This document shows, in pieces, positions 38,989 through 47,828 of a stretch of DNA of 64,000 bases (positions are counted from its first letter, which is position 1; each line of letters opens with the position of its first letter). Source of the stretch: an uncultured Pseudomonadota bacterium (GTDB lineage Bacteria > Pseudomonadota > Alphaproteobacteria > Rs-D84); NCBI GenBank assembly GCA_949283535.1, contig CASDTC010000003.1, positions 2,052-66,051 on the forward strand. The letters are read 5' to 3'. The translations under genes and the position numbers were made by a program. Below the pieces are notes generated by a model. The model did no database searches, had not been told where the DNA came from, and worked only from the letters and a program-made list of their open reading frames with translations.

Positions 38989-39495
38989 ATGAAATGTTTA
39001 TCAAAAATGCTTGCGGGGTTGGCGTGTGTGTTTCCGGCGGTGGCGGCGGCAAATCCGGCGTGTCCAATATGTACAATTGCAATTGGGGCGGGTGTTGGTG
39101 TTGCAGAATCGTTGGGGGTGCCGATTGGAATTGTTGGTCTGTGGGCGGGTGCGCTGTTGACATTGTTGGGATATTGGATGATTAAATTCTGTGATAAAAA
39201 GGGGTGGAATTTCTGGGGACGCAATGCATTGCTGATTGGTCTGTCGGTCGCAATGATTGGGTTTGCCTATGTGGGTGATATTGATTACAGTCCTGTTTGG
39301 ATTTGGAATGTTTTTTATGTGGATCCAATATTGTTTGGTGCAATCGTTGGGATGATTGTGTTTATACTGGTTGAAAAACTGTATGAATGGATGAAAGCGA
39401 AAAATGGCGGGCATGCACATTTTCCGTTTGAACGCGTTGTGTTGCCGGTGGTGGCACTGGCGTTGGTCAGTTGGCTGTTTTGCATATGCATGTAA
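38989..39495 (+). CDS. hypothetical polytopic membrane protein (168 aa)
   Basis: It has a signal-like N-terminus, a CPIC motif and 4-5 TM helices. It is divergent from the ArsR-like regulator. Confidence 0.55.
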   Translation: MKCLSKMLAGLACVFPAVAAANPACPICTIAIGAGVGVAESLGVPIGIVGLWAGALLTLLGYWMIKFCDKKGWNFWGRNALLIGLSVAMIGFAYVGDIDYSPVWIWNVFYVDPILFGAIVGMIVFILVEKLYEWMKAKNGGHAHFPFERVVLPVVALALVSWLFCICM

Positions 39496-39516
39496 TTTCT
39501 GTAACAGGGGGATAAA

Positions 39517-40095
39517 ATGGAAAAAATAAAAAATGTACGCGAATTTGTTGAAAAACTGGATGCAGCAAAAAAAGTTAATCCAAAGGATTTATCTTCGGAC
39601 CAAGATTTAACAATTGGTATTATGAATCTGATTTCAATCGAAGAGCATCTGATGTTTTCGGGTGCCAAAACAGGCAAGCATGAATTCTATGACTTGATTG
39701 ACGAAGTGCGCGAACAGCGCAAGCAGATGATGCAGAAAATCATCCCATCGTATGAAGGGGAAGTATGGTGTATTTCAAAGCATTTATTGGCGGCGTCTAT
39801 GCGTTTGTTTGAGGTTGGTACCAAAGCATTGGCGGCGGGGGATAAAGACGGGGCGTATGATTTGTTTGATCGGTCGTATGGACTGTATTGCATATTTTGG
39901 GGGTTAAATATGGGAATGCTGAATGGCGGGACGGATGTAAAATGGGTCAAGACAAAACATACATCTAAATCTGTGACATCGCACGCGCCACGCGCATCCC
40001 AGGCGGCAGATATAACCCCAGATGCAGCGCCGGCGGGTCGCATGTCAAAGTTAAAAAACTGGGTCAAAAATGCGGTTAATTGCTGTATAGAATAA
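39517..40095 (+). CDS. hypothetical protein (192 aa)
   Basis: A GGGGGATAAA RBS precedes the ATG. The protein is helical and soluble and ends in NCCIE. No family was recognised. Confidence 0.5.
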   Translation: MEKIKNVREFVEKLDAAKKVNPKDLSSDQDLTIGIMNLISIEEHLMFSGAKTGKHEFYDLIDEVREQRKQMMQKIIPSYEGEVWCISKHLLAASMRLFEVGTKALAAGDKDGAYDLFDRSYGLYCIFWGLNMGMLNGGTDVKWVKTKHTSKSVTSHAPRASQAADITPDAAPAGRMSKLKNWVKNAVNCCIE

Positions 40096-40114
40096 GTGTG
40101 TGCGTCTGTTGAAT

Positions 40115-40141
40115 CGCCCCGCAACAGGCGGGGTGTTTTTT
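40115..40141 (+). terminator. intrinsic terminator
   Basis: The sequence is CGCCCCGC-AACAG-GCGGGGTG followed by T6. Confidence 0.8.
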
Positions 40142-40145
40142 ATCC

Positions 40146-40173
40146 TTGATTTTTGGCGTGTGGCATTTATAAT
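40146..40173 (+). promoter_or_regulatory. sigma70-type promoter of tRNA-Thr
   Basis: TTGATT - 16 nt - TATAAT lies about 15 nt upstream of the tRNA. Confidence 0.5.
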
Positions 40174-40188
40174 TACCAGGCAATGATC

Positions 40189-40262
40189 GCCCTAATAGTC
40201 TAGTGGTAAAACACGTCCTTGGTAAGGACGAGTCGCAAGTCCGATTCTTGCTTAGGGCACCA
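40189..40262 (+). tRNA. tRNA-Thr (anticodon GGT), CCA encoded
   Basis: The acceptor is GCCCTAA/TTAGGGC-A-CCA and the anticodon arm is CGTCC-TTGGTAA-GGACG. The T-loop is atypical (TCCGATT) and the D-stem has one mismatch. Confidence 0.8.
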
Positions 40263-41778
40263 CTAAAGAATTCTCCCCCGAAAAACTGTTAAATAGCCCG
40301 AAAATCGGGGATAAATTTATAGTCCCAAATTTTTGTTCTTTGTTGTAGGAAATTTTGTCCCTAAAGCACAAATTTAGGACTACTTGTTTGATGTTGTAAT
40401 CTCCATTTTTCCATGCTTCAATGGGGCGTGAAATAAAATCAGATACATATCCGAACGCTTCATCAAATGGTATTAATTCAGGGGTAAAGTTATCAACTTC
40501 TGATTGTAGTGATAATTTCTCTGATTCCAGCGCATTAATTTTTGCGTTAAGTGCCTTTTTCATAACATCGTTTGCGCTGATATATGCGTCAGTGATTAAT
40601 GATTGTTCTTGTTCTATTGCAGATATGCGTTTCTTTTTTTCTTCGTTATTCGCACATGCTGCTTTATTGCGGTTTGAATATTCCCTTGTTGCTAATGCTC
40701 GTGCCAGCGCAATCAGATTCTCTTTCGGGGCAATTTTATTCAAAACCTCTGTTTCAAATTCTTCGTGCAAAATTTGCGGTGATACGTTGGCAAGTTTCTT
40801 TTTAGGGCAGTTCTTGTTTTGACATTGATAGTATGGATATTTGCCGCTTTTCGTCATACTAGCAGTTAACGGGCGACCACACTCGGGACAGGTTATAAAT
40901 CCCTTAAGAGGGAAGCGTTCATCATGTTTGTTGTATTTCTTGTGTCTAAGGCGATTTCGTCCATGTAGGCGGTCTTGGATTAAATCAAATGTCGCAGTAT
41001 CTATTAATGGTTCTATGTGCCATTTTTGTACTGGAATATCATATTTAGGATATGCGAATATACCCGTATATTTGCGGTCGGTTAAGATGCGTTTCACGAA
41101 ATCAAATATGTTTTTTGGGGTAGGGACGCCGGCTAAGTGCATTCTTTCTGTTAAAAAGTTTGCTACATCGGTCTGAGATACTAATTTTGCGCTGGCGAAT
41201 TGTTCTAGGGCTTCTTGTATTATCCCTGCCAATGGTTCTTGTCGTTTTAATTCTTTGCGTGCGCCAATTTTTACGAATTGGTATCCCTTTGGGGGTTGCG
41301 TAATCCAATACCCATTTCTGGCGGCTTCACGCATACCGGCAATAGTTCTTTCTCTGTTCTGGTCTGCGAATAACTCTGCCTGTGCCGCTTCTATTGTTGC
41401 CATGAATTTCCCGACAGGGCTTGTTTCTAAAATCCCTTTGCATGTTGCCAATCTGTGCCCGCATCGTTCCATAGATTTGCGTAATTTAATGAAATCTCCT
41501 GCGTTGCGTGCTAATCGGCTTATGTCATAAAATAATACCAGACGAGGTTCTTTTATTTTTGATAGATAATCTATCATTTCTGCAAGTTGATCACGTCCTT
41601 CGGTTTTAGTTCCTGTTTTTGCCGCATCTATATAAAATTTTTCGATTGTGCAGTTATTCCGTTGTGCCCAAGATTCGCATGCCCATTGTTGTGTATCCAG
41701 ACCGTTACCTTGGCTTACTTGCTTGTCGCTTGAAACCCTGTAATATGCAACTGCTGTATTAATTTTTATTTGTTCCAT
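40252..41778 (-). CDS. large serine recombinase (integrase)
   Basis: This 508-aa protein has a resolvase catalytic domain (AVAYYRVSSDKQ ... ISRLARN), a recombinase domain, a zinc ribbon (CPECG..(16)..YYQC....C) and a C-terminal coiled coil. The stop codon at 40252-54 lies inside tRNA-Thr. Confidence 0.88.
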   Translation of the reverse strand: MEQIKINTAVAYYRVSSDKQVSQGNGLDTQQWACESWAQRNNCTIEKFYIDAAKTGTKTEGRDQLAEMIDYLSKIKEPRLVLFYDISRLARNAGDFIKLRKSMERCGHRLATCKGILETSPVGKFMATIEAAQAELFADQNRERTIAGMREAARNGYWITQPPKGYQFVKIGARKELKRQEPLAGIIQEALEQFASAKLVSQTDVANFLTERMHLAGVPTPKNIFDFVKRILTDRKYTGIFAYPKYDIPVQKWHIEPLIDTATFDLIQDRLHGRNRLRHKKYNKHDERFPLKGFITCPECGRPLTASMTKSGKYPYYQCQNKNCPKKKLANVSPQILHEEFETEVLNKIAPKENLIALARALATREYSNRNKAACANNEEKKKRISAIEQEQSLITDAYISANDVMKKALNAKINALESEKLSLQSEVDNFTPELIPFDEAFGYVSDFISRPIEAWKNGDYNIKQVVLNLCFRDKISYNKEQKFGTINLSPIFGLFNSFSGENSLVVP

Positions 41779-41908
41779 TTTGTAAAACCTTATTAAAAAT
41801 AGTGTTAATTATGATTGTCAGATTATCTCTGCAACACTCTATTTCTTTATCGGTTAAACTAATGTTTTTGAGGTATTTGCGGCATTCTGCCACCGACATC
41901 GTCGCCAT
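41759..41908 (-). CDS. possible 49-aa ORF overlapping the recombinase start (MATMSVAECRKYLKNISLTDKEIECCRDNLTIIINTIFNKVLQNGTNKN)
   Basis: Hand translation shows the ORF ends 20 nt inside the recombinase gene in another frame. No RBS was recognised. Confidence 0.2.
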   Translation of the reverse strand: MATMSVAECRKYLKNISLTDKEIECCRDNLTIIINTIFNKVLQNGTNKN

Positions 41909-41981
41909 AGTGCCCACCAAAAGGTTTGCGTTTTGGCTCCGGTGCTTCCGATAATCAAAACATTGTTTCCTTTCAACATGT

Positions 41982-42806
41982 CTAGTCTGTTATTGCTTTG
42001 TTCTTTTTTTGTGTTTTTCCTTGTAAGTAGCTAACTTTACCGTCTTTTATGGTTAGATTAATTTGCCCGTATCCGATTTTGTTTATAAGATTATGTAAAC
42101 TTTCTGTATCTTTTGGTTTGCTTGCAAAGCTTTTTTCTACCAGGTTTATTCGATTTTTATTTGTTTTTACGGTTATTTCTCTTTTATCGTCTGCGAGACG
42201 GATGTTTTTTATAAGGTTCCATTCACTGTTATATAGCCAAAAAGTATCTTCATCCCATATTTGCATTGTTTTGTCTTTTAGAATTTCTTTTTCTACTTTA
42301 TTAAAGTTAATATAAATATAAGAAGCGGGAATGTTATTGGTTGTTCTATTTAGTGCGATATCTCGTTCTGTAATCACGCCTGTGTTTCCATTGCTATCTA
42401 TCAGAAGATATGTATTACCGTCTTCTATGCTGGTTTTTGAACGCAATAAAGCAAATTCAAGTCTGGTTATTGCGTTTGGGTTATTAGATTCTTGTGCAGG
42501 TAGATAAAGAGAGTTTTTTACTTGTTTAAGTTTTTCAATCGATAGACCAAATTTTCTTAGTTCTATAAGTATTGTCATTAATATTATGTCCATTGTAGAA
42601 AACTTGCGCCAACCTTGTGGTTTTTTGCGTTCGTCATCTAGAATTCCAGAACTTGTCCAACTGTTTATTATTCTAAAAGATAGTGGAGTTTGATTAGCGG
42701 ATTTGTTTCTTTCTCGAAGAGATTGTAAAATTTTGCAGTTGTTTAATTCTACGGCTTGTTGAATTAAATCCAGGTCTTTTTGTGTCCCATCTGTATAGTT
42801 GAACAT
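41982..42806 (-). CDS. MerR/excisionase-like HTH protein with uncharacterised C-terminal domain
   Basis: The start was trimmed to MFNYTDG. The segment FRIINSWTSSGILDDERKKPQGWRKFSTMDIILMTILIELRKFGLSIEKLK follows the MerR-type HTH pattern (yr.l..We..Gll.p.r...g.R.ys..dl..l..i..L...G.sl..ik). Confidence 0.5.
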   Translation of the reverse strand: MFNYTDGTQKDLDLIQQAVELNNCKILQSLRERNKSANQTPLSFRIINSWTSSGILDDERKKPQGWRKFSTMDIILMTILIELRKFGLSIEKLKQVKNSLYLPAQESNNPNAITRLEFALLRSKTSIEDGNTYLLIDSNGNTGVITERDIALNRTTNNIPASYIYINFNKVEKEILKDKTMQIWDEDTFWLYNSEWNLIKNIRLADDKREITVKTNKNRINLVEKSFASKPKDTESLHNLINKIGYGQINLTIKDGKVSYLQGKTQKKNKAITD

Positions 42807-42976
42807 TTTTGTATAACCTTTGTCCTTTACAAAAATATACAACAATGTATAATATTATCAAGTATTTTATACATATTTGTATATTTTTTATAAAAACAAA
42901 ATAAATACATTTTTACAGCCAATTTTTTTGAGAATTCTGCCGTTTTTTGTAATTATTTTATAATAGATTTTCTGTT

Positions 42977-44215
42977 TTAAAATTTATAATCAATCTTGAT
43001 AAGTCCTGTGTGGCTATGAAAATTTTGTCGTGCGCTTAATGAATATTCTATAGACAAACTTATTCCGTTATTGAAAGTTGTTTGTGCTGAAAGACCTGTT
43101 TCTATACCAAATGGATCCCATGATTTAAATGATGCGTTTGCAAAAATATCATGTGCATTATAATAAATTGTTATTTCATCGTTATCATATAAAATATCGT
43201 ATAAAATATTAAATTTCATCTTTATGGAAATGGGGGTTAGATTTATGGTGTGTTTGAGCCCGGTTGTCCATGTTAAAAAATGATTAGAGTCGAAAGATAT
43301 TTCATTACCAATAGAATCGTTATAAGAAACAGGTAAGAGATTCAGATAGCGCAAACCTGTTTCAGCTATAATATTTTGTGGCGTTTTATAGCCCATATTT
43401 ATAACAGTTCCGAAATTTGATGCACTGAAATTATCGATGTTTTTATACTGTGAAAATCCATAATTAAATAATAAACTTAGATACACATTATTAAAATTAT
43501 ACATTGAATATAAATGGATATTATGTATTGAATCATCTTGCGTGAGATTATTTTTATATGTTGTTTCTCCATCACTAAAAGAGTAACTAAAACCCAATAA
43601 CAGGTTGTTTTTAATGTGTTTGTCCATACCTATATGTAAACCGAAAGCAGAACTTGTGAAGTCAGAATAACTATTTTGCTTAAACCAATTATAAGATTCT
43701 GTTGCCCATAATGTTAAGTTGGAATGATAGGGCTCTTGGAATCTGTTATCTATTTGGTTTATATTTGAATAAAATATATTTCTTGTTTTGGCAGAAGTAG
43801 TAAAAACATAGTTTTCTTTGAGTTTTTCAGAAAAATACTCTTTTGCTTGTTTTCGAAGAGATTCTAATATGTAGTCTGCTTCCCAATAGAAGTAGTTTAT
43901 ACTAGGGTTTGTTGCGATGTCTTTCAACGTAACGTTTTTATATTTAAAGGTCGTTGGAGAGTATGGTGCTATATATTCTCCTCCTGAACCATCTGCAATC
44001 CATTCGGTCAATGTTATATCTAAATCCAAGGTTTCTAAATTATAGAAAAAATATGTATCAGATTGCATTGTTGCTGTTCCTGCAGGAACATGTCCAGGAT
44101 CTGCCAAAGAGTATACGGTATCATTGTATGCAGATATTATTGGGTTAATTGCATATGCTGAATTATAAAAATACAATGTAATAAATGTGAACAAGATAAT
44201 ATTTGTGTTTTTCAT
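42977..44215 (-). CDS. autotransporter-like outer-membrane beta-barrel protein
   Basis: The start was trimmed to MKNTNIILF.. (signal peptide ..NSAYA). The C-terminal 250 aa show alternating beta-strand patterns and end in ..IDYKF. A short N-terminal passenger of about 150 aa precedes the barrel. Confidence 0.55.
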   Translation of the reverse strand: MKNTNIILFTFITLYFYNSAYAINPIISAYNDTVYSLADPGHVPAGTATMQSDTYFFYNLETLDLDITLTEWIADGSGGEYIAPYSPTTFKYKNVTLKDIATNPSINYFYWEADYILESLRKQAKEYFSEKLKENYVFTTSAKTRNIFYSNINQIDNRFQEPYHSNLTLWATESYNWFKQNSYSDFTSSAFGLHIGMDKHIKNNLLLGFSYSFSDGETTYKNNLTQDDSIHNIHLYSMYNFNNVYLSLLFNYGFSQYKNIDNFSASNFGTVINMGYKTPQNIIAETGLRYLNLLPVSYNDSIGNEISFDSNHFLTWTTGLKHTINLTPISIKMKFNILYDILYDNDEITIYYNAHDIFANASFKSWDPFGIETGLSAQTTFNNGISLSIEYSLSARQNFHSHTGLIKIDYKF

Positions 44216-44487
44216 TTTTTTCCTTTTATGCAAAAAGACCGCCACGGGAATGACGGTCGGGCATTTTCAAAATCATAACGTGAATGATCCCATGGATTTC
44301 GGCGAACCTGTTGTATAGCCACAGATACCCGACCACAAGGTCAGGCAATAAAAGTGTGAAACACCATTTTTGCCGTAAAATCGGATAACGATGTTTTCAC
44401 ACCGCACGTTATGGGTTTTGAAAGCCCCCGAACCCATATCCCTATGGATTCGGAGTTATTTTAATATATGTGTGTAATCATTGCAAA
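44216..44487 (-). promoter_or_regulatory. structured leader/attenuator upstream of the OMP gene
   Basis: In minus sense the terminator is GACCGTCA-TTCCCG-TGGCGGTC plus U5 (plus 44232-58), 17 nt before the ATG. Mutually exclusive pairings link 44328-34 with 44339-45, or 44328-34 with 44255-61. G-U pairs form only in minus sense. Confidence 0.5.
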
Positions 44488-45090
44488 TTAAAATAATTTC
44501 GTTATTTCAGATATGATTGGCGCAAAAAATGTCATATGTGCTGCTGCGGACTGTATAAAGTTATTATATTTATCCATAAACCTTGAGCGGTTATTTGCAG
44601 AAATCGCTATTTTCATTTCTTCAATGCTGTTCAGGATGTTTTGTACAACTTCTTTGCTATCCGGCACTTGGGCGGCGATTGCTTTCATTTTATCAAAAAT
44701 TTCCAATTGGTCGTGATTTATGATATTTGTGACCGAATTATCCACTGAGCCAAAATTTACACGCGACCCATCCCCAGAAACTGAAATATTTACCCCACTT
44801 GCGTTTATTGTATCTTTCGTACGAGTGCGGTTTAACCCATTCACTTCGTCGTATCCACTTTCCGTAAGAATGTTAGGGGCAGTGATAAATCCTTTGCTTA
44901 CCATATCGTTCCAAATTTCATCAAAGTTATCTTTAATGTGTTGGCATTGTTCAAGTATCAAAGCACGTCGGATTGGTCGAGTTGGGATATACATGGTACC
45001 GTCTTGTCCGCGTGACGCAAACTTCCGCAACAAGTCATATAAAAAGGCTCTCGTATCGTCAAGTGCATTTTGTTTTGCTATATCGGTCAT
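44488..45090 (-). CDS. hypothetical protein (200 aa), partner of the AbiTii-like gene
   Basis: It starts 4 nt after the upstream gene. The central Asn/Ser-rich segment GVNISVSGDGSRVNFGSVDNSVTNI echoes the C-terminal tail of the upstream protein (GSTVNIASTDNSII). Confidence 0.55.
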   Translation of the reverse strand: MTDIAKQNALDDTRAFLYDLLRKFASRGQDGTMYIPTRPIRRALILEQCQHIKDNFDEIWNDMVSKGFITAPNILTESGYDEVNGLNRTRTKDTINASGVNISVSGDGSRVNFGSVDNSVTNIINHDQLEIFDKMKAIAAQVPDSKEVVQNILNSIEEMKIAISANNRSRFMDKYNNFIQSAAAHMTFFAPIISEITKLF

Positions 45091-45094
45091 TGTA

Positions 45095-45727
45095 TTATCC
45101 TTTGTTTATTATTGAATTGTCGGTTGAAGCTATATTTACAGTTGAGCCAGCACTGGCAATTATACTTATGCTGGAAATTTCAGGGTTCTTTTGTGCTTTT
45201 GATATTTCCTCGTTGGTAAAAGATAAGTTTTCCCCTAAAATTCCATTTTCTTCTAGTTTTAATGCCCATTCTAAAAGATTGTGCCGCACCGTTCCAAGAA
45301 TTGCCGAAATTGCATATCTTGTATAGAATACTGCCATTTGCATGGGTATTGTAAGCATATTATTGGCGACTGACGACAAAGGGGACATTAAGGTATTGTT
45401 TTCCTTACCAGCAGATAAAGACGCCTCTAATTCCGCAATTGAACTTGTCAAGTGTACAGTACTTAGAGTTTTTTCTGTTTCAAAGTCGGGGCATTGAATA
45501 TAAATCCACCCACGCATAGGGTTAAACGCTTTTAATACACCATGTATTTCTCGGTATTCAGGTAGATTATTTGCGTCGGGATATCCCTTAATTTCATTTT
45601 CTATGAATTCCCTTGATTCTGATATTTTTAATTTTCGTGCAATAAAGTAGGCTTTATTTAACGCGCTTAACAGACTAGCATTTGGGTCCATTAATTCTTT
45701 TTGCAAATCTATAACGATACTTGCCAT
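45095..45727 (-). CDS. AbiTii-like abortive-infection family protein
   Basis: N-terminal LLSALNKAYFIARKLKISESREFIENEIKGYPDANNLPEYREIHG and later VRHNLLEWALKLEENGILGENLSF fit the AbiTii domain pattern as recalled (L.KA..lA.kL.......W...EL.GY......P.YR). Confidence 0.55.
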   Translation of the reverse strand: MASIVIDLQKELMDPNASLLSALNKAYFIARKLKISESREFIENEIKGYPDANNLPEYREIHGVLKAFNPMRGWIYIQCPDFETEKTLSTVHLTSSIAELEASLSAGKENNTLMSPLSSVANNMLTIPMQMAVFYTRYAISAILGTVRHNLLEWALKLEENGILGENLSFTNEEISKAQKNPEISSISIIASAGSTVNIASTDNSIINKG

Positions 45728-46026
45728 AAGTTATACCTTCTCTTTTTGGTAGAGGTTATATCACAAAACCTGTCAAATCAAGTTTATATCTTTAAATATT
45801 CCTGTTCTTTCATGTGGTTAGTATAGGAACTATCTGCGCTGGGAGACAAATCCGCCGTTTGCGACGCGCAATATTAGCGATTTTGGGCGGCTTTTTTAAC
45901 CGTATTTTGACGATGTTAAAATGGTGGTTTATGGCCTTGCTAACCGCCTTGCTACTTTTTTGATTTATTGATTAATAAATCAGTGTGCCAGATACGAAAT
46001 AATAACGTCGTTTTTTACGTGGTTAT

Positions 46027-46956
46027 TTATTCTATTGGCAATATTTCCATTAAAGTATATGAGGTTTTTTCACTTGTATTATTTATAGTTATTTTCTTAG
46101 CTAATTTAAAATTATAGGCTTTGCCAGTGGTTTGTTCGTGGGCTAGATTTGCGTCTATTGTACCAGTTATTACTTCATCTTCGTTATCTTCGTCTAATTT
46201 TATATTAAAAGACGAAGTTGCATAATTAAACCCTTGCAATATGCCGTCTATCAGAATTTCTTCTTCAAATATTTGTGGTTCTGTCGGTTCTAGGGCTTTT
46301 TTGACTCTGTTTAATCTAGACAACTCAACATGTTTTGATACTTCATTGTCCGTGGATTTGTCCCATTTTATTTCTGCTGATATATTATTTTCTATGTGAC
46401 TATTGACCCATTCTTTCAATGCTTTAAAAGTCCCTAATCCGTATTTAGAAATCAACTCTTTTATTGACTCAGGGCTCTCTGTATTAATCATTTTTAAAGT
46501 TTCTTTCATAGCAAAATCAATATCAGAGCCAAATAAATTGTCTTTTTGAGCTTTTAGCGTCAATGCGATTCCAATAGAACCAGAATAAGTATAGGCGAAA
46601 CCTAATAGTGTCTCTTCTTTTGCCTTTTTTGTGATTCTGACATTATTCTTTGGTTTCTTTAATGTAATGGAATCATACACCAAAGAAAACAGATTTTGAA
46701 AACTATCTATAATGTCAGTTATCTGGGAAAATCCAACCCGTTCATTTACACAAAGCCTATAATCTAAAACAGATTCTTCCATTTTCGCTGCTTCCTCTGC
46801 AAAAGCAGCCTTTAATTCCTCACCAAACTTTTCTACGGACTTCAGAGAAATAGCCAATCCAAAATCGTTCGGATTTTTTGCCAATTCTGATTGCAGTCTT
46901 GTGATTTCCGCATTGTTATCAAATAATCTGGATTGGATTTCCAGTAAAGTAGACAT
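46027..46956 (-). CDS. hypothetical protein (309 aa), downstream partner of the nucleotidyltransferase
   Basis: It shares one nucleotide with the stop of the upstream gene (ATG at 46954-56). The N-terminus is coiled-coil-like and no known domain was recognised. Confidence 0.55.
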   Translation of the reverse strand: MSTLLEIQSRLFDNNAEITRLQSELAKNPNDFGLAISLKSVEKFGEELKAAFAEEAAKMEESVLDYRLCVNERVGFSQITDIIDSFQNLFSLVYDSITLKKPKNNVRITKKAKEETLLGFAYTYSGSIGIALTLKAQKDNLFGSDIDFAMKETLKMINTESPESIKELISKYGLGTFKALKEWVNSHIENNISAEIKWDKSTDNEVSKHVELSRLNRVKKALEPTEPQIFEEEILIDGILQGFNYATSSFNIKLDEDNEDEVITGTIDANLAHEQTTGKAYNFKLAKKITINNTSEKTSYTLMEILPIE

Positions 46957-47438
46957 TACTTGCCTCCATTTATTTGAATTACAGCTAAGCCTTTTAAGGT
47001 TTTGTCTCTATTAAAACAAAATAACCCTCTCCAATAAGCCATACCATCTATATCGGTTGTTGGTCGTGCATACACATCACAATGGCATCTGCATTTTAAA
47101 TCATCGTGGTTAGATACACACATATATAAAAAATTATTTATACAACTAACTTTTTCAGCAGAATATGGTTTGTTTGGGTCAAATTCTACCAAGACGTCTA
47201 TGTCTTCAGGATTTTCTTTTTCTGTGATAAAACTGCCGTCCACCCACACATCACACATCAGACCCGTGTTGGTCAACGGTATGATAAAATTTTCCACAAA
47301 ACTATCAAAAATGGTAGAACGTGTTGCCGAATTTGGAAAATTTTCCACGCACAAGGTCTTAACTTCCTCCAAAGTTTTGTTATGAAACCCTGCGGGCAAT
47401 AATCCCGGAAACGACAACTTATCAGGCATTTCTTTCAA
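46956..47438 (-). CDS. minimal pol-beta-fold nucleotidyltransferase (DUF6932-like)
   Basis: LLPAGFHNKTLEEV ... DVWVDGSFITEKENPEDIDVLV ... KGLAVIQI matches the remembered DUF6932 pattern (LPPG.H..t..Ef ... y.DGSFvT.K..P.D.D ... kGii.i.l), including the GS...D.D NTase catalytic motif. Confidence 0.6.
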   Translation of the reverse strand: MKEMPDKLSFPGLLPAGFHNKTLEEVKTLCVENFPNSATRSTIFDSFVENFIIPLTNTGLMCDVWVDGSFITEKENPEDIDVLVEFDPNKPYSAEKVSCINNFLYMCVSNHDDLKCRCHCDVYARPTTDIDGMAYWRGLFCFNRDKTLKGLAVIQINGGK

Positions 47439-47452
47439 TCTCTCTTTGCTAT

Positions 47453-47481
47453 ATTATACCACAAAATTGGTTAAATTACAA
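47453..47481 (-). promoter_or_regulatory. strong sigma70-type promoter of the NTase operon
   Basis: In minus sense it reads TTGTAA - 17 nt - TATAAT, with an extended -10 TG. Confidence 0.5.
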
Positions 47482-47564
47482 TTTGTTTACACAGAATAGA
47501 GGAAAAAAACGATAAGTCAAATTATTTCAAGATGTTATTGATAAGTATATTCCTATATACATTC

Positions 47565-47828
47565 TTATTCTTGTCCGGTGTTTAGTGGGTTGAAAGCCCG
47601 CTTATCTGTAAAACCGCCATTCACAACGTGCAGGATTTCACAAATCCCGCTTTCCTTAATAATCCTTGCATTTCGCATTATTTCATTATAAAATCTGTTC
47701 CAGTTGTCCCAACTTTTATGCAGTAGGGGCACCAGAAAATTTTTTGGGCATGCGTGTGATGATATGACTGACAACCATGGAATGCGCAAAACCCAGTAAA
47801 AGTTATAAGACAGGGTGGCACCGCGCAA
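47565..47828 (-). CDS. 87-aa ORF of doubtful status (possible gene remnant at the island edge)
   Basis: No RBS or family was recognised. The composition is closer to core sequence, and the ORF spans the tRNA-3'-like 11-mer at 47724-34. Confidence 0.2.
   Translation of the reverse strand: MRGATLSYNFYWVLRIPWLSVISSHACPKNFLVPLLHKSWDNWNRFYNEIMRNARIIKESGICEILHVVNGGFTDKRAFNPLNTGQE

Noticed and set aside
38925-39420. Track ORFs 38925..39224(-), 38957..39163(-), 38973..39185(+) and 39001..39420(-), with Pro/His/Gly-rich products.
   Set aside because: All overlap the better-supported membrane-protein frame 38989..39495(+). Their low-complexity composition reflects alternative frames of a GC-richer, Gly/Ala/Val-rich coding region.
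45852-45897. A plus-strand hairpin (CCGCC...GGCGG) followed by CTTTTTT, in the gap between the AbiTii-like and 309-aa genes, considered as the end of an antisense or antitoxin sRNA.
   Set aside because: It has only a 5-bp stem with a 29-nt loop, and I could identify no upstream plus-strand promoter and no repeats of type III antitoxin style. It is noted but not supported.
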